This document shows positions 1 to 12,395 of a stretch of DNA of 38,864 nucleotides, piece by piece. The DNA is taken from assembly GCA_051942165.1 (NCBI GenBank), contig JAVECS010000028.1, positions 1 through 38,864 of the forward strand. The letters are read 5' to 3'. Every line of letters starts with the position of its first letter. Positions within the stretch are counted from its first letter, which is position 1. The notes beneath the pieces were generated by a model, which saw only the letters and a list, made by a program, of their open reading frames with translations, was not told where the DNA came from and made no database searches. A program made the translations under genes and the position numbers. The DNA comes from Circinaria calcarea (taxonomy: Eukaryota).

Positions 1-1201
1 GTGTTGCAATGCCTTGAAAGGATGACTCTATGACTCGAGGAGGGGCACGGCGGTTTGGGAGGGGGGAGAAAAAAGTGGTGGAGCTGCAGGGTAAGTGGCG
101 TGAATAGAGAGGTGAACGGGAAGAGGAATAGGTTAGAAGATGCGGAATCACTCGAAGGGCGGGCTGTGGAGGTGATGAGTGAACGATTATTATGTTGGGG
201 ACTATATGGTTGCGGCATGGGTAGGGTCATTGCAGGTTATCGGATATGGATGCTTTACCGACACATCATGTGCGAGAGATCGCAGCATGGCGTGGTCGTA
301 GCCCGGTGGGGGCAGATGATATGTAATTACTCCGGTTTTGAGTATCATCGGCAGGGGTTGAATGATCGAATGCTGACTTTGCGCAGTCCTTCCTGTAGGA
401 GATCCGCGAGGCCATTTATCCTTTATGCGTCAACAAACCATTAGGGGAACGTTCATATGGGGTGTCTAGTGTGGCTATATGAACTGGGTGTCTCTACTGT
501 GGTATAAAGCCTCCGGAATCCGGGCCGCCTATATGTTGCGTCGACCTATGTCTGGGCCATCGACTAAGCTCCGTTCGCACCTCGGAACCATTTCCCGCAG
601 GTGACTGCGACGGTTCCGTATAGCTAGGGTGTAGGTGGGGGGAAGTCCGGTCAGAGGTGGAAGAGGAGATTGGTGGTTGCCGTTTGAGGAGGCGTGGGAA
701 TAGGCCATATCAGGTGGCTGAATGGTCAGAGACATAACCAGGAATAAATTGGGCTACCCACACACATGAAGCAGACTGATGAAGTCTAGGGCTTTCATCG
801 GATACGCATAGCTCGTGGTGACTCGACTGCGCCGAGCCGCGTGTCCTTGACACATATTAGTATACCCCCAGCGCCCCTAAATGTCCCATACGCTGCTCCG
901 TTACGCTGCTCCGTTACGGCGCTCCCGAATACGAGCTTCTATTCGTCGAGGCCAGTATCCCGAATAAGTGGCGGTGACGTAGGTCAAGGTATGTCCATGT
1001 GGCTTTCCAGGTATAAAGAGTGGCGCAAAACGCAAATGAGGCAGCGCCGTCTCAGCGTGAGCTAAGCAGACAGTGCCAGCCTTCAAACGCCCGGGACCAG
1101 TAACTGTTTTGGTTCTTCTCTAATCATGCCGGAGGTTTCGGGCCCCTTATCGCGCGAGACGGAATGCACTCATGCTTTTCCCCTCGCTGCCCCGTTAAAT
1201 A

Positions 1202-1683
1202 CCTAAGTTGTTCGTCATTTCATATATCCTGGGAGTTCGCGGAGCTTGGAGTTTCTTAGTATGTAGTCCGGTAGCTAGGGTATTGCGCCAACTACGCAAT
1301 CTGTCTGTTTGCTTACGAAGCGGCACGAGCGGTGATGCAGTCCTTAATCCACCAGACGGAATCAGATCGACCAGATGGTGCCAGGTTAATCAGATGGTGC
1401 CAGATTCATTAGATGAAGCAAGATTAACCGGGCGAAGCCGGATCGGCCAGATAAAGCCAGGTCGGCCAGATACAACCAGATCAGCCAGATACAAGCAGAT
1501 CAGCCAGATACAAGCAGATCAACCGGATGAAGCGGATCGATCGGATGAGGTGAGATCGATCAAGTCATGCCAGATTAACCAGATGGGGTCTGATCGACCA
1601 GATGGGGTCTGATCAACTAGATATAATCAGGTTGATCATGTCGGGTCTGGCTAACAAAAAGATATTTGACTAAACAGCTCAGG
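1202..1683. mobile_element. Possible MITE-like element (imperfect TIRs, TA flanks) containing a degenerate tandem repeat
   Basis: Left end TA|CCTAAGTTGTTCGTCA (from 1200). Reverse complement of right end is TA|CCTGAGCTGTTTAGTCA (to 1685). 11/13 identity including the TA, with transition mismatches. No coding capacity. Confidence 0.35.
1350..1640. repeat. Degenerate tandem repeat built on CCAGAT/CAGAT units (~10-20 bp period)
   Basis: Recurrent ccagat/cagatc words, including near-perfect pairs 'cagatcagccagatacaag' x2 and 'accagatggggtctgatc' x2. Confidence 0.75.
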
Positions 1684-2339
1684 TAACTTGGATGCATTTC
1701 CAGATTGTTGGCTGGTCCTTGGCTGAAAAACAATTTATTTTCACTACCTACTGTATTATTTGCCGTGCTCCTCAAGTTTGCCCTAAACTTCGATAGCTTA
1801 GTTATCGGCGTTGCTCCAGTGCATCCAATAGGGATTTAACGTTTGGCCAGACATTCTGTTTAGTAACGGAAGGGCGAAACCCCCAACGCCTGTTGCCGGT
1901 GTCGGACTTGTTGACTGACGTTAGGTCGGTAACCTGGCTTATGCCTTCATCCCTCTGGTAGTTCCTACTCCATTTCTCATTTGCGTCTCCCTGTCTACTG
2001 TTATTGTGCCATGATAGGTAATATATAGTGCGATGGATTAGGATACTGTAAAAAGGCAATCCCTCAACACTCTCGAAATTTCTCGTAGAACCATATTTAT
2101 TCTATCCTACTATCCTTTAACTTGATCACCTTCAATTTTCCGCTCTCTTGATAGCTTCCGTCCACCATGTTATCGTGTCTTGATTCCTCGAGTTGGCAAA
2201 TATCCGGAGCACATGGTCCTAAACACTCTTTAACGACACCGCCGGACAGACCCCTTTGTCTTTCGTTGCCTCCGCTCCTTGACTATTAGTCCCTCTTGCT
2301 TTCCGCTTAGCCACTCCGTATCCAAATCTGCCACATGTG

Positions 2340-3170
2340 TAGTTTATTGCATTAATTATTATAGGCAGGGCTAACAGGTAGATGGAGCTATCGGCGCGGA
2401 TGTAGTTTTTAATAAGAATCTTGAGCCTTATAATAAGACATCGATCATCTTCCTAGAGGCCACACATATCCATTATCATAAACCCACTCACTATTTCTGG
2501 GTTGTTTACAACCCCTGGAAGATCTGTGAAGAATAGGTTCAGGAGACCGGGACCAGATATCTGCAACAATCAGATGAGATTCCAAGGAGTATCTTCTGGA
2601 CCACTTACGTCAACCCGGACAACTTTGGGAGAGAATTTGGTTTGTATCGTGTTTGACGTCCCACCATTCTTGCTCGGCTTGTATTTCTCGTACGACGCAC
2701 TAGGGTTTAGAGTTGCGAGCTGTGTCAACTTCAAGATTCCTTCCAATTCGTTTTGGTTCATCATAATGCCAAACAGATAGTATTCTGGACTCTCCAGGGT
2801 CCCAAAGGTTTATCATCCGATGCACCGTCCTCTGTGTTCTCTTGTGTACCTCCATAGACGTAGTTCTGGTGGAGAGTGACCCTACAAAGCCGCGGGACTT
2901 CGATTTCGCTTTCTGCTAAACTTGTCTCAAGTGGGCAATGTTGCCATTAGTAACTCTATAGTGCAAATTTGCCAGTCTCATAGTTTACATGAGTGTAACA
3001 GCCTGTTCCACGGAGTACCTTGATCTCACTTACACCTTGTGTTAGTAGGCTGATGGCCTGGAGTCGCCCAAGTGGAAAGCTCACCTCATACCCTCCGTCA
3101 AAGAGCTCTTCCCTATACAGTAGTCGCCTACTACGACTATCTTAGGTAATGGGACATTAAGATCTTTGAT
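2340..3170 (-). pseudogene. Dynamin-family (Vps1/Mx-like) GTPase N-terminal fragment, decayed
   Basis: Minus strand reads DLNVPLPKIVVVGDYCIGKSSLTEGM (degenerate G1 motif GDQSxGKSS), CPLETSLAES, LGPW..TQLATLNP, KFSPKVVRVD|intron|ISGPGLLNLFFTDLPGVVN (G3 DLPG), then IKNYIRADSSIYLLALP. Frameshifts are present and no middle/GED domain follows. Confidence 0.85.
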
Positions 3171-3444
3171 TCTAATGAATCAGAGTCCTTTCCTGTGCAC
3201 TGTAGATTGTAGGAGGTCTCATATATATATATAGTAACTTAATTTTGAACTGGTTCGGGCCGTTGTCTCTGTTTTCGGAGGTTCGAAAGTGGTTTTTTAC
3301 TTGGCGGTAGGGGGTTTTTCGCCCATACTCAGCTAGTCGCTCCATAGGCCCAGCAGGGTGCTCAGCAGCGTTATCTAAATAAATAAATAAATAAATAATT
3401 TGGTATCTAATAGCTATCATATATTACCAGCTGTTTTATTATTA

Positions 3445-6044
3445 CTATCCCTTTATTTGTTCTGGTACATTTTCATCCCCCGTAGGCGGTGGTCTTGGTA
3501 AACCCCGCTCATGACAATAAAAGAAAGATTTCTCGCCAAATCGCTGTCGTTCTTCTTCGACTACCACTTGGAAACACTCCCGCCAAGATTGCAGAAGCCT
3601 TTCTTCTGTTTTCTGGACCAGCGCGTAAGCTTTTGCGTCGTCTTCTCCCAATAATATCGCGCGTTCAGCCCGAACCATGGGATCGTTCCACGACCGCAAG
3701 CCTAGTAATGAATCGCCAATTGCACTAGAAGCAGGTAACTTGACGGCTGCAGCAAACGGTTCAGAAAGTCGGCCATAGCAGTTCGGTCTACCGCTTGGAC
3801 TCAGATTGGGCGATGCTAGATCTCGGTGCAGGATGGAGATGTCATTAAGATTCTCGGATTGGGCGTTATCTAGGGTGATCCCGTCGTCCTCTCGAATTCC
3901 ACAAAGCCAAGGGAAGACGGCTAACCTCGGTTTGGTTGCCCTTTCGGATGATCCATGAAGAATATCTGGCCTGGTAATCCTCACTCCACCCGCAGTATTC
4001 GGCATTGGTTGATAGGCTCCAAATTCTGCCTCATGATTCTTAGTATACATATCGCGCGATATTCCAGTTGTGTGACAGCTACTGTTGTTTTGACCCCGTT
4101 CGGAGAGACTCTCCCACCAATCTCGAATATGGTTGTGGAAACCTTTGACCAGCCAGGTACAATTGTCAGCGTCTTCGTCGTGCAGGAGGGTGATAAGACT
4201 CTGGACTATATTAGTCCCGTGCTCGCCCCTGAGTAACAATTCCACGTTACTATCGATATGTCGGAATCCGGTACGATCTCCAGCCTTATTACTTCTGACG
4301 TAATCAGGGTAGCTGACTAATTGGGTAATTCCGTCTTCTCTAGCGGCAGCGGTAAGAGCATAGACGACGAGGGATTGTCGACAGGCCTGAACGAAAAGAG
4401 CAAATGTGGCTACGCGGTTCCGGCCCATAGTGGATCTTCCGGCCACTATCGGTCGGCAATGCCAGTCATACATTGCGCACTCTTGTTCAATTATATGCTT
4501 GACTTCTGAACGAGCGTAAGCGGGAGTGCATTCTTGATATTGACAGTGCCGTCCTTCTGATAATCTTCCCAAGCCTGTAAGGAGCCCCAGCGTCGAAAAA
4601 CCGTTTTCCTGCAAAATGTGAATAAGGGGTTGGGGTTTGAGGCCCACATCGACGGACCCAGAGCGATGCTGGGGTTATCTCGATAGCGGTTAGCGAGGAA
4701 ATAGCTTGCATGTTGGGCTCTAAAGCTTTTTAGCTCTCCGCTGGCATTTGCCTTTAATGTGGCTTGGATGCGCCGGACAATTTGCACGCGAGATACGTTG
4801 TTTCTTAAGCCACACCCAATAGAAGCCAAGACTCGAAGGTGTAGAAAGCAGAGCTTTGTCGGATTGCTCCAATTTCGAGGTGGTTGTTTATGCATCAAAG
4901 CCATTGCATCTAATTCTTCATTAGGTGTAAACCTTTAAACAACTATCAAAAAATCGCGAGCAAGTTTAGAGCAGGTACATTGATGGATTCTTTTTCTAAA
5001 GTGCGCCAGTGATGGTCGATCTCGCTTAGCTTCGACGGTGTTATTTTTGGGGGGGCAGCTGAGTTTGTAGATTGAGTCAGTTTCTGAAACTTCCGAGGTG
5101 GAAAAGCTGGAAGAGGTGACATCGCTAGTAGCGCTGTCATCATCGATCGAAGCACCGGAAGAATTGGAAGCGTCGTCGCCACTAATGGAATCATCGATCG
5201 AAGTACCGGAAGAGGTAGAAGCGTTGTCGCCACTAATGGAAGTACTGGTAGAGATGGTTGGTTCCGGGATACGACTTATTGGAAGCGCAGGCACTGATGG
5301 TCGGGTAAGCGGTGAGGATCCGGTACGCTGTGAAGATGGGTGGGCTAAAAGTTTGCACCGCCGCTTGGGGCCTGAGGCGGCTATCGGAGAAGGTTGGTTT
5401 GGCTCCTCAGTTTGTCTTTTAACGCCGATTGTCCCTTCCATTTGGGATGTGGTCGAGCTCGGCTCCATAATCGAGCGTGCTCGCTTGATGTCAGTGGCTA
5501 TTAGGACTTCAGTGCGTCGCCCGTTTACCGGCCTCTGTATTATAGCTTCTCGTAAAAGTTGGTATCCTCGATCCTCGGAGTCGACAGTCATACAGAATCC
5601 TTTGAGTTGTTTCAGGAACTGAAAGCTTGCCCTCGCAGGGAAATTATATCCAACTGTGGTAGTCATTCGTTGAGCCCAGCCCTGACCCCACTGATTTGTG
5701 ATTGCTTTGAAATCTCTCTCTTTCATTTTATCCGTAGATTTGGCTAATTTTATCATAGGTTGAATGAAGGTATTGTAATTGGCTGCTTCTTTCAGGCATT
5801 GCCGTGCTTCAGTCGAATTCCCGACCCCTTTGTTAAGCCTCTCCCATACACAACGTACGAATGAGGCCCATTTCTCTTCGTGAAGTTGTGCGTCTTGCAG
5901 CCATTGCAGCATAATTTCCTTTCGCTCCTCTTCCTGCGCTTGAGCGAGGCGTTTATCGACTGCCTGGTCGATGGTGACATTATCACGTCGTGCCTCGCGC
6001 AGAACCTTGAAAGCCGGACATTCGGGCGTAGGGGTGCCAGACAT
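3445..6044 (-). pseudogene. Large fungal protein with C-terminal 2OG-Fe(II)/phytanoyl-CoA dioxygenase-like domain, interrupted by one stop and one frameshift
   Basis: ORFs 6044-4935 and 4904-4491 share a frame and are separated by TAA at 4937-4935. A frameshift near 4530 leads into the 400-aa ORF. Motifs: FRHID (HxD), VQSLITL..DEDADNCTWLVKGFH, VRITRPDILHGS (distal His), then R. A CTC..CFLHLR Cys/His cluster lies upstream. Confidence 0.7.
5140..5241. repeat. 51-bp tandem duplication (17-aa Ser/Asp repeat) inside the dioxygenase-like gene
   Basis: tcatcgatcgaagYaccggaaga..gaagcgtYgtcgccactaatggaa occurs twice; encodes ISGDNASTSSGTSIDDS / ISGDDASNSSGASIDDD. Confidence 0.9.
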
Positions 6045-6167
6045 CGGAAAGGAGTTATATATTATATTCGTAATCTTATAGCTTAGGGTATTAGTGTTTT
6101 TTACATCACCGGCGTCTACTTCCAGTAATCTATATTAATAGCTTAATAATCAACTTAAAAGCCCCAT

Positions 6168-6223
6168 GATTGTTTGCGTTCGACTGTTCGCGTTTGATTA
6201 TTTGCGGTCGACTGTTTGCGGCA
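6168..6223. repeat. 4 x 14-bp tandem repeat upstream of the dioxygenase-like gene
   Basis: gattgtttgcgttc gactgttcgcgttt gattatttgcggtc gactgtttgcggca. Confidence 0.85.
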
Positions 6224-6659
6224 TCGATACCAGGTCGGTTACTATATTCGGCGAACAATGAATTTCGCTTAGATTAATAGCAGACTTATCTTCATAGTGT
6301 ATACGTTGTTTTTCACACCCTTACGTTGATCTGATGGAAATTATGTGCCTGTATCCACTAGATCTATTTACTTTTAGAGAAATGCCTCAAGGGATGAGGT
6401 TCGCCATGAGATCAAATATGGTTGCCGTCTTCGCAGCTCCTCGGAGAAGTCGGACCGGATCTTAAACACAAAATTAGGTTTAGTACGCGCTCACGTGTTT
6501 CATATAGCGCGCTGCGAATCGATGTCAGACAGCAATTAAGCTAATTCTCTAAAGATTCAACCAAGAGATAAGTTAGTTCTTCATCATTTTAGTGTAATTT
6601 ACTTAAGGCGCTCTCAGTATGGCTGCATAACTGCTAATTTACGTTTTAAAGGTTCTGAA

Positions 6660-8831
6660 GCGGCAGCTAATAAGGGAACGTCAGGACTACTGAATTCCGT
6701 AAACTGTGATCGATAGACTTGCTAGAGAGCGAGTTCTGTCATTTCGCTCAGAGCGTTCTCTTCAAAGCATGACTTCCGTCATGCTTTGAGAGGTCCAGCT
6801 TGTTGCATTAGAAAGTCTATGTCTTTGGGTACTGCAGGTGCTTCGGTCGCGGCAATATGGCATGAGGGAGAAATGACACGCGAGGAAGTGCTTTTTCTAG
6901 CAATGAACAAGAGAAGACAAATTGATGGAGAGGAGAATGGGTCAAATAATAGACGTTTTGCATCTGTCTGAGATGGAGGAATGCACATTTTCGGGAACTG
7001 CGGTGTACTGGTATGTAAACAGGAATAAAGTTCCTTGTCGTCCCACAGAGTCCAATCGCAGTCGTGTTGGGTGGCTGAGAGAGGAACTGCTTTGAGGCGA
7101 TTAGACTCGTCGAGATTCACAGAGATGCGACTCATGGCACGCAAACTCGTAAGTATCGCGCCGCGGTCAGATGTCTTGAGTTGATTTAGTAATGAGGTAG
7201 AGAGAATCGAGTAATATTTGACTTCGGTCAAAGAAATCGAGAGAGGGAGATTAGTGCGATTTAAAAATTCTCGTAATGGATGCTGGTCTAAAAAGAATAT
7301 TTGGCACTGTCTTCGAGCAGGGACATGTTTCGTATTCTAGCCCAGCCCTATTGATTTTCGAGAGCTTCCGGCTGAATTCCTCAGTCACAATCTCGTCTAG
7401 AAGATCACGGAGTTGCATGCTCTGAATACGTTGAAGTATGTCTTTTGTGCCGTTCATACCACAAGCATATATAGTTCATCGCGTGCGTTATCGGCTGCAT
7501 AGGAGATCTTCCATTTACTCTTGTAGAGAAAGTGCTGACCTCAAGCACCCTTTCTATCAGATCTTCAGCAAGGTTAGGGAAAGCTTCAAATTTGTACTTG
7601 TCGCCTCGGATATCTTGACAAGATGATGTGGCGCGTAGTCTTGTTGTTCAGGAACGTTAGATAGTAAGGCGAGTAGGGTCCGCACATAGGTGTTAGGCCC
7701 ATCAAAACCGGCTATGAATTCCATTAGGTTTGGTATGACTAGCTTTAATGGGTACTTGCTCCCTGGTAGCATCATACCCTTGTAGCTTGGCTTTGTTTTA
7801 CCTACCCTTGTTGCTTTCGCCTCTCGCATCAACCTTACCCTCTCTTGGAATAAGCTTGGATTATTACTAGGAGTTACAACTGGGCGAAGTGTAGGAGGTA
7901 TCTGTGGTCGAGGTTCATAATTTGCCATGCTGAATGACATGCTGTTTGGATTCGAGGAGGGATTGTAAGCATAGCCGCCATTTACGGACCTAATGGTAGG
8001 CTGTGGAGGTTGTAGATGGTGGGACGTATGTCGAGTCTGACGGGAAGAAGATACATCGGGTTGGAACAGAACACGTTGAGGTGGTGCTGACGCAGACCTG
8101 TGGTTTAAAGCGAGCATCAGAACCTGACTCCCTATCTTGATTTGTATGGGATTGGCTTTGCGAGATGATAACTCTGGTTGTATACCCTCCTCCACTGCCA
8201 GGCTCATCTAAATCCATCTTTTCTTACTTGGGTGTTGTTTTGTGCTCTTCCCCACCGGACCCATTACTCTCCTGGCTACTAATCTACTACTCGCGACTCT
8301 AGGGAGGCCTGAAGTTGTCCATTGTGCGGCTCAGAGATCACCCCCTTCTGCACTAATGTTTTCGAGGATCTCCTTGGGTGGTGGTTCTTTGTTATGGATA
8401 GTTATGATTCCGAAAGCACTAAAAGTCTTAGGCACTTGTGTGTTAGGAACGGGTAGGGCAACGCACGTGAGGTTCTTATAGTAGCCGGTTTTGAGCGCAA
8501 AAGGTGTAAGCAGCTGTATTTGTTTGGCCCAAGTTGAACTCTTGGCTAACTTTTCGCCAAGCTAGCTTTTCGGAGCTCACTACATCATAGCCACCGCGGC
8601 TGCTTACGAGGTCGAAGAGCTTGAAGAGATCGATGTGTTTGCCATTAACGCGCGTAGTGGTATCATGATTGGTGCTGAGCAGGGGAGTCGAATTAGCTAT
8701 GGTATTAAGCGGAGTTTAACTATTCAACACATACCCTCTTACGTATGGAAGGCTTGTAGCTTTTCGAAGAACTCATCACGACCAAAGGGTATGTGCCCTC
8801 CGGTCTCTCCTCTCTCCATTGCTGGAGCCAT
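6660..8831 (-). pseudogene. RSC9: RSC chromatin-remodelling subunit Rsc9 pseudogene (ARID domain through start of RFX-like domain), 3'-truncated
   Basis: From ATG 8831: MAP..RDEFFEKLQAFH*EG|intron|..KHIDLFKLFDLVSSRGGYDVVSSEKLAWRKVSQEFNLG..(frameshift)ALKTGYYKNL|intron|..TIHNKEPPPKEILENI. Then GFDGPNTYVR..QDYAPHHLVKIS and, near 6780-6660, *RKSCFEENALSEMTELAL*QVY..PLLAA. Many stops and frameshifts; introns retained. Confidence 0.9.
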
Positions 8832-9212
8832 GCTGCGAATGCAACGGTTACGATGTCATGTGGATCCTATGGCAAGCTTGACCACCAACATCGCACCGAC
8901 AGAAGAGAGCTTAGTCGTAGTGTGCGCAATTCAATTCGGTGATTGAGCATTCAGACAATCAACCGGGTTCCCGAGACGTGACCACAACGCAGCGCGTGAA
9001 ATTTCCCAGTCCTACCACTAAGCCTATTCCACCTTTTCGTAAGTGGAAAGGTTCCTTCAACCTCAGGACATGTCGACCACACAACGTATGCTGCAAGGAA
9101 GACTCTCCTGCGGCAATGTCGTAGAAGACATTGTTATCAGGAGGTTATTCTTATAGTATTAACGACTGGTGAAGGCGACTGGGTTTGAATACAATCTCCT
9201 CTTGTACGAAAC

Positions 9213-10904
9213 ATGGCATTGTCTTCTCAAGCCAATACTCTCGAGGCGGAAGGTCTAACGACTCTTCCCCTGAAGAAATTCTCCTATGTCACGACCCGAC
9301 CGTCACATGGAAAGCTTCTGTGGACGCATTTACCACAGCGGGACAATCTCTTTGCAGTTTTCGATTTTACTACAGCCAAAGACCTTGAGGGGCTAACTGT
9401 GAAAAAGAAATTTCTGAGGTTTATACGTGGTGACGAGATCTTGGTATGCAGCTCCACCAACAAACTCTACCGTTGAATAGTTTCTACTCTAGTTGTTCAC
9501 TGTTCTGATTCTTCTTCGACGTTTAAGGAGGAGATAGATCTCGCAGAGCTAGGATCTCATGTACGCCACGACGTTAATACAGCAGAATCGCAATCTCAGC
9601 CTGTCTCCGATTCTCAGCGCGCCATGGTAATTATATCCAAGAAGCCTATGATAGCCTTGCGCTACCATCTTCCGAATGGCCTGGTAAGTTTTTACACTTC
9701 AGCCTTTTAAAAGGCTCTACCGCTCAATTTTCATCAGGTTCGAAGGCTGCAGATCAAGTTTGATCCCATTTCCGGCTATGACACGGCTTTGGAGCTACTT
9801 AACATTCTTGCTATTCCCATAGAGAACAGAGATGTAGGAAGTCAAAACCAGCGGGCGTTGGGTCCAGATCTTGATAGGACACCGGCCGTACCACCCTCAG
9901 CCTCTGTTGGCTCCTTGACTACTCCAAGTTATTATCCCATTCCACTTCACACATCCAATAGCCGCCTTGAGGCCGGCGCCACGCAGTCTGCCGTCCTTGT
10001 ATTGAACTCTGCCGAAGCTCGGCCAGGTGTTGTGGACACGACTCGCCGGTCCCTGTTTCAGCAAGAGATTGCAGAAGCTCGTCGTCAAGCTACCGCGTCC
10101 ACCCCCCTTCCCGATGACACGCTAAGCCAACTACTACCTCCGAAACGTACCCTCCCTTTTCCTGATCCACCGGCGAAGTCCAACCGTCAAAAGCACCTTT
10201 CGGAGGTCTCTAGGCCCATGTCTGACATTTTAGGCGCGGAGAAAGCAAGCGCCAGAAAGCATAAGCCGAGTAAGGGTGCCGCTGGTGAAAAGAAAGCTGC
10301 AATTGGAATCGGTCCAAGCAGCAGTTTTATGGCACCTCCGAGCTCATCTACTCCATTTATGAGTAAAAAGGGCGCAAATCTTAACATCAGGACGTCCGCG
10401 AACGGACACGCGACGTTTGGTTGTGCCGAACCCTCAGAATCTCAAGAAAGGAGCGCCGAACCTCAACATAAGCTAACAAGCTCAATACTCGGCGAGCCTG
10501 TTGCACATGCACAAATCTTTACAATCCAGCCAGGTAGCAATCGGCTGGAGGAAACTGACCAAGATGTAGGGATTCTTGTATCTGCAGGCTGGGTCGCACA
10601 GGTGAATGCCTTTATGCTGCACCACAGCGCCAGGGCTACGAAAGAATGCCGAGTCGAGGATACACTCACAACTGAATTTAAGGACAGGGTTGAAGTTTTT
10701 ATGGAAAAGCACGGTGGCTGTTGTGTACCCGAGGCTACCACCCAGCTGCAACCATCCGCACTCGCTGAATTCGCCAAGCTATCGGAAACTGAGCGGTCGG
10801 CGGCGATGGATGTCGTCATCGTCGAGTGCCTCAACGATGACGACTTTATGTGCCTTGTTGACGAAGTGGACAAGTCGTGGCAGAGGGTTGGATGGAAGTT
10901 GTGA
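9213..10904 (+). CDS. REC114: Meiotic recombination protein Rec114-like (N-terminal PH-like domain, disordered middle, C-terminal helical domain), ~517 aa
   Basis: Exons 9213-9443, 9528-9683 and 9738-10904 (GT..AG introns) join in frame with no stops. N-terminus LPLKKFS..WTH..LFAVFD..LRFIRGDEIL|EEIDL..IISKKPMIALRY..|VRRLQIKF..YDTALELL. C-terminus IVECLNDDDFMCLVDEVDKSW resembles the recalled Rec114 terminal motif (CLxDxxFxxxVEEVEK). Confidence 0.75.
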
Positions 10905-12395
10905 AAACCTACAAACTCACAATACGTACCGGTGAAGAGAGGAGTTGTCCTTTGATTTCTCTGCTTTTGAGCTATATACCCCCTGTTTTGCATTGATTCT
11001 TCTCGTTTGGCTATTTGGGGCAGCGGGTATCTTGATTGTCCGGTAGGAAGGACCATTCTTAGCTATATAGTTAGCTTATCTACTGAGCATTACACGTTAT
11101 GAAAGTGCACTCACAAGGCTTTTTCGTACAATCTCCGTATTTTGTAACCCTAGCCTCACCATTAGGCAGACTGATTGGTCTACACGACAACTAAACCCCC
11201 TTCCCAAATAGGAATAAACTTAGCCACCGTAGCTCACCTCCCGTTTTGGCTACATATCCAAACATTCTCCCAATGTAAACGCATTGTCAAGAATCTATCC
11301 CCTTCCCTATCAGACTTCTCGAAGAGGGGTACCGGAGCAATTACTACCTGAATTGTTAGAAAAGCCAGTCAAGACACAGACCAAACGCTTAGAGGGTGTA
11401 TGGTATTCTAGGGGTCCATCGTGATGTAGAAACGAGAGTGATAGGGCTCGCGTTAACGTCATCAACACCCGCGATCTTCCACTACCCCGATGCCGCTAAA
11501 AATACGCTAAGGGCCGGATTCAAATCAAGCATATAGTTATCGTCCTCAGCTATTATACTTATTTTTGTTACCTCTTTCTGCACCTTACACTTCAACCCCT
11601 TCTCCTTTGTTCGCTCGGTCAGTCGTCCTCCTCCAGAACACTATCACCCCGCTCGATTATTACTGCTTTAAGCCACGTCAACTCATCCACTACTGCTGCG
11701 CCAGTGAGGCCTTACCTTTTACCATCGGTAGGTCAATCTTTCTCAGACATCGGACAGCTGTATGTCAGCATCTTGTTGACAGTCAGCCTTAGATTAAGAG
11801 ATCATACCTACAACAATGGTCACACCTTCAACGATCATACCTCCAACGCGTGCGCCATCACACCTTCACCATCCAGTCCGGCAGTAAGTATGCCTGGGAG
11901 GCTGCTCCAGAGACGCCGTCGAGGAAGTTACGTACACCTGGAATGATGGAAAGTAGTGCATTGGGTAGGACGATGGATTTCAGGAAGATGATGACATCCA
12001 TGAAAGCTTAATACGCAAGGAAGATCTCGACTGGACCATTACAGGTACGACCAATCCTGGGTTAGATTAATAATCAATAACTGTTTAGTTCGTCCAACTG
12101 ATATATGTGCAGCGGAGGATACTTCTAGCCCCATTGGACAAAACGCCTGTGAAGGGTCTAATAATGAATACCGTATCGACCACGAAGCTGTAGAGGATAT
12201 GTTAGATGTACCGGCTATCCACGAGTCATTTAAGCCATCATCCAGGCTACAATTTCCATTTGACGACAATTCGCAGACTAATAAGGTCTATGATCCACTA
12301 CTTCAACCTTCGAGTCCTCCACCCAGAAGAAGTATACATACAGTACTTCAAAGTGGGAAATCGGTGTCCATAGATGGTCAAATCACCTTGATGCA

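Noticed and set aside
1..735. Short ORFs at the window start
   Set aside because: No recognisable domain or consistent exon structure; may be a decayed gene running off the window.
1350..1640. CRISPR-like regular repeat
   Set aside because: Eukaryotic context; short degenerate units with no unique spacers and no cas genes.
10463..11056. 197-aa minus-strand ORF (and similar antisense ORFs at 5098-5622 and 16678-17031)
   Set aside because: Antisense to better-supported genes; no recognisable motifs.
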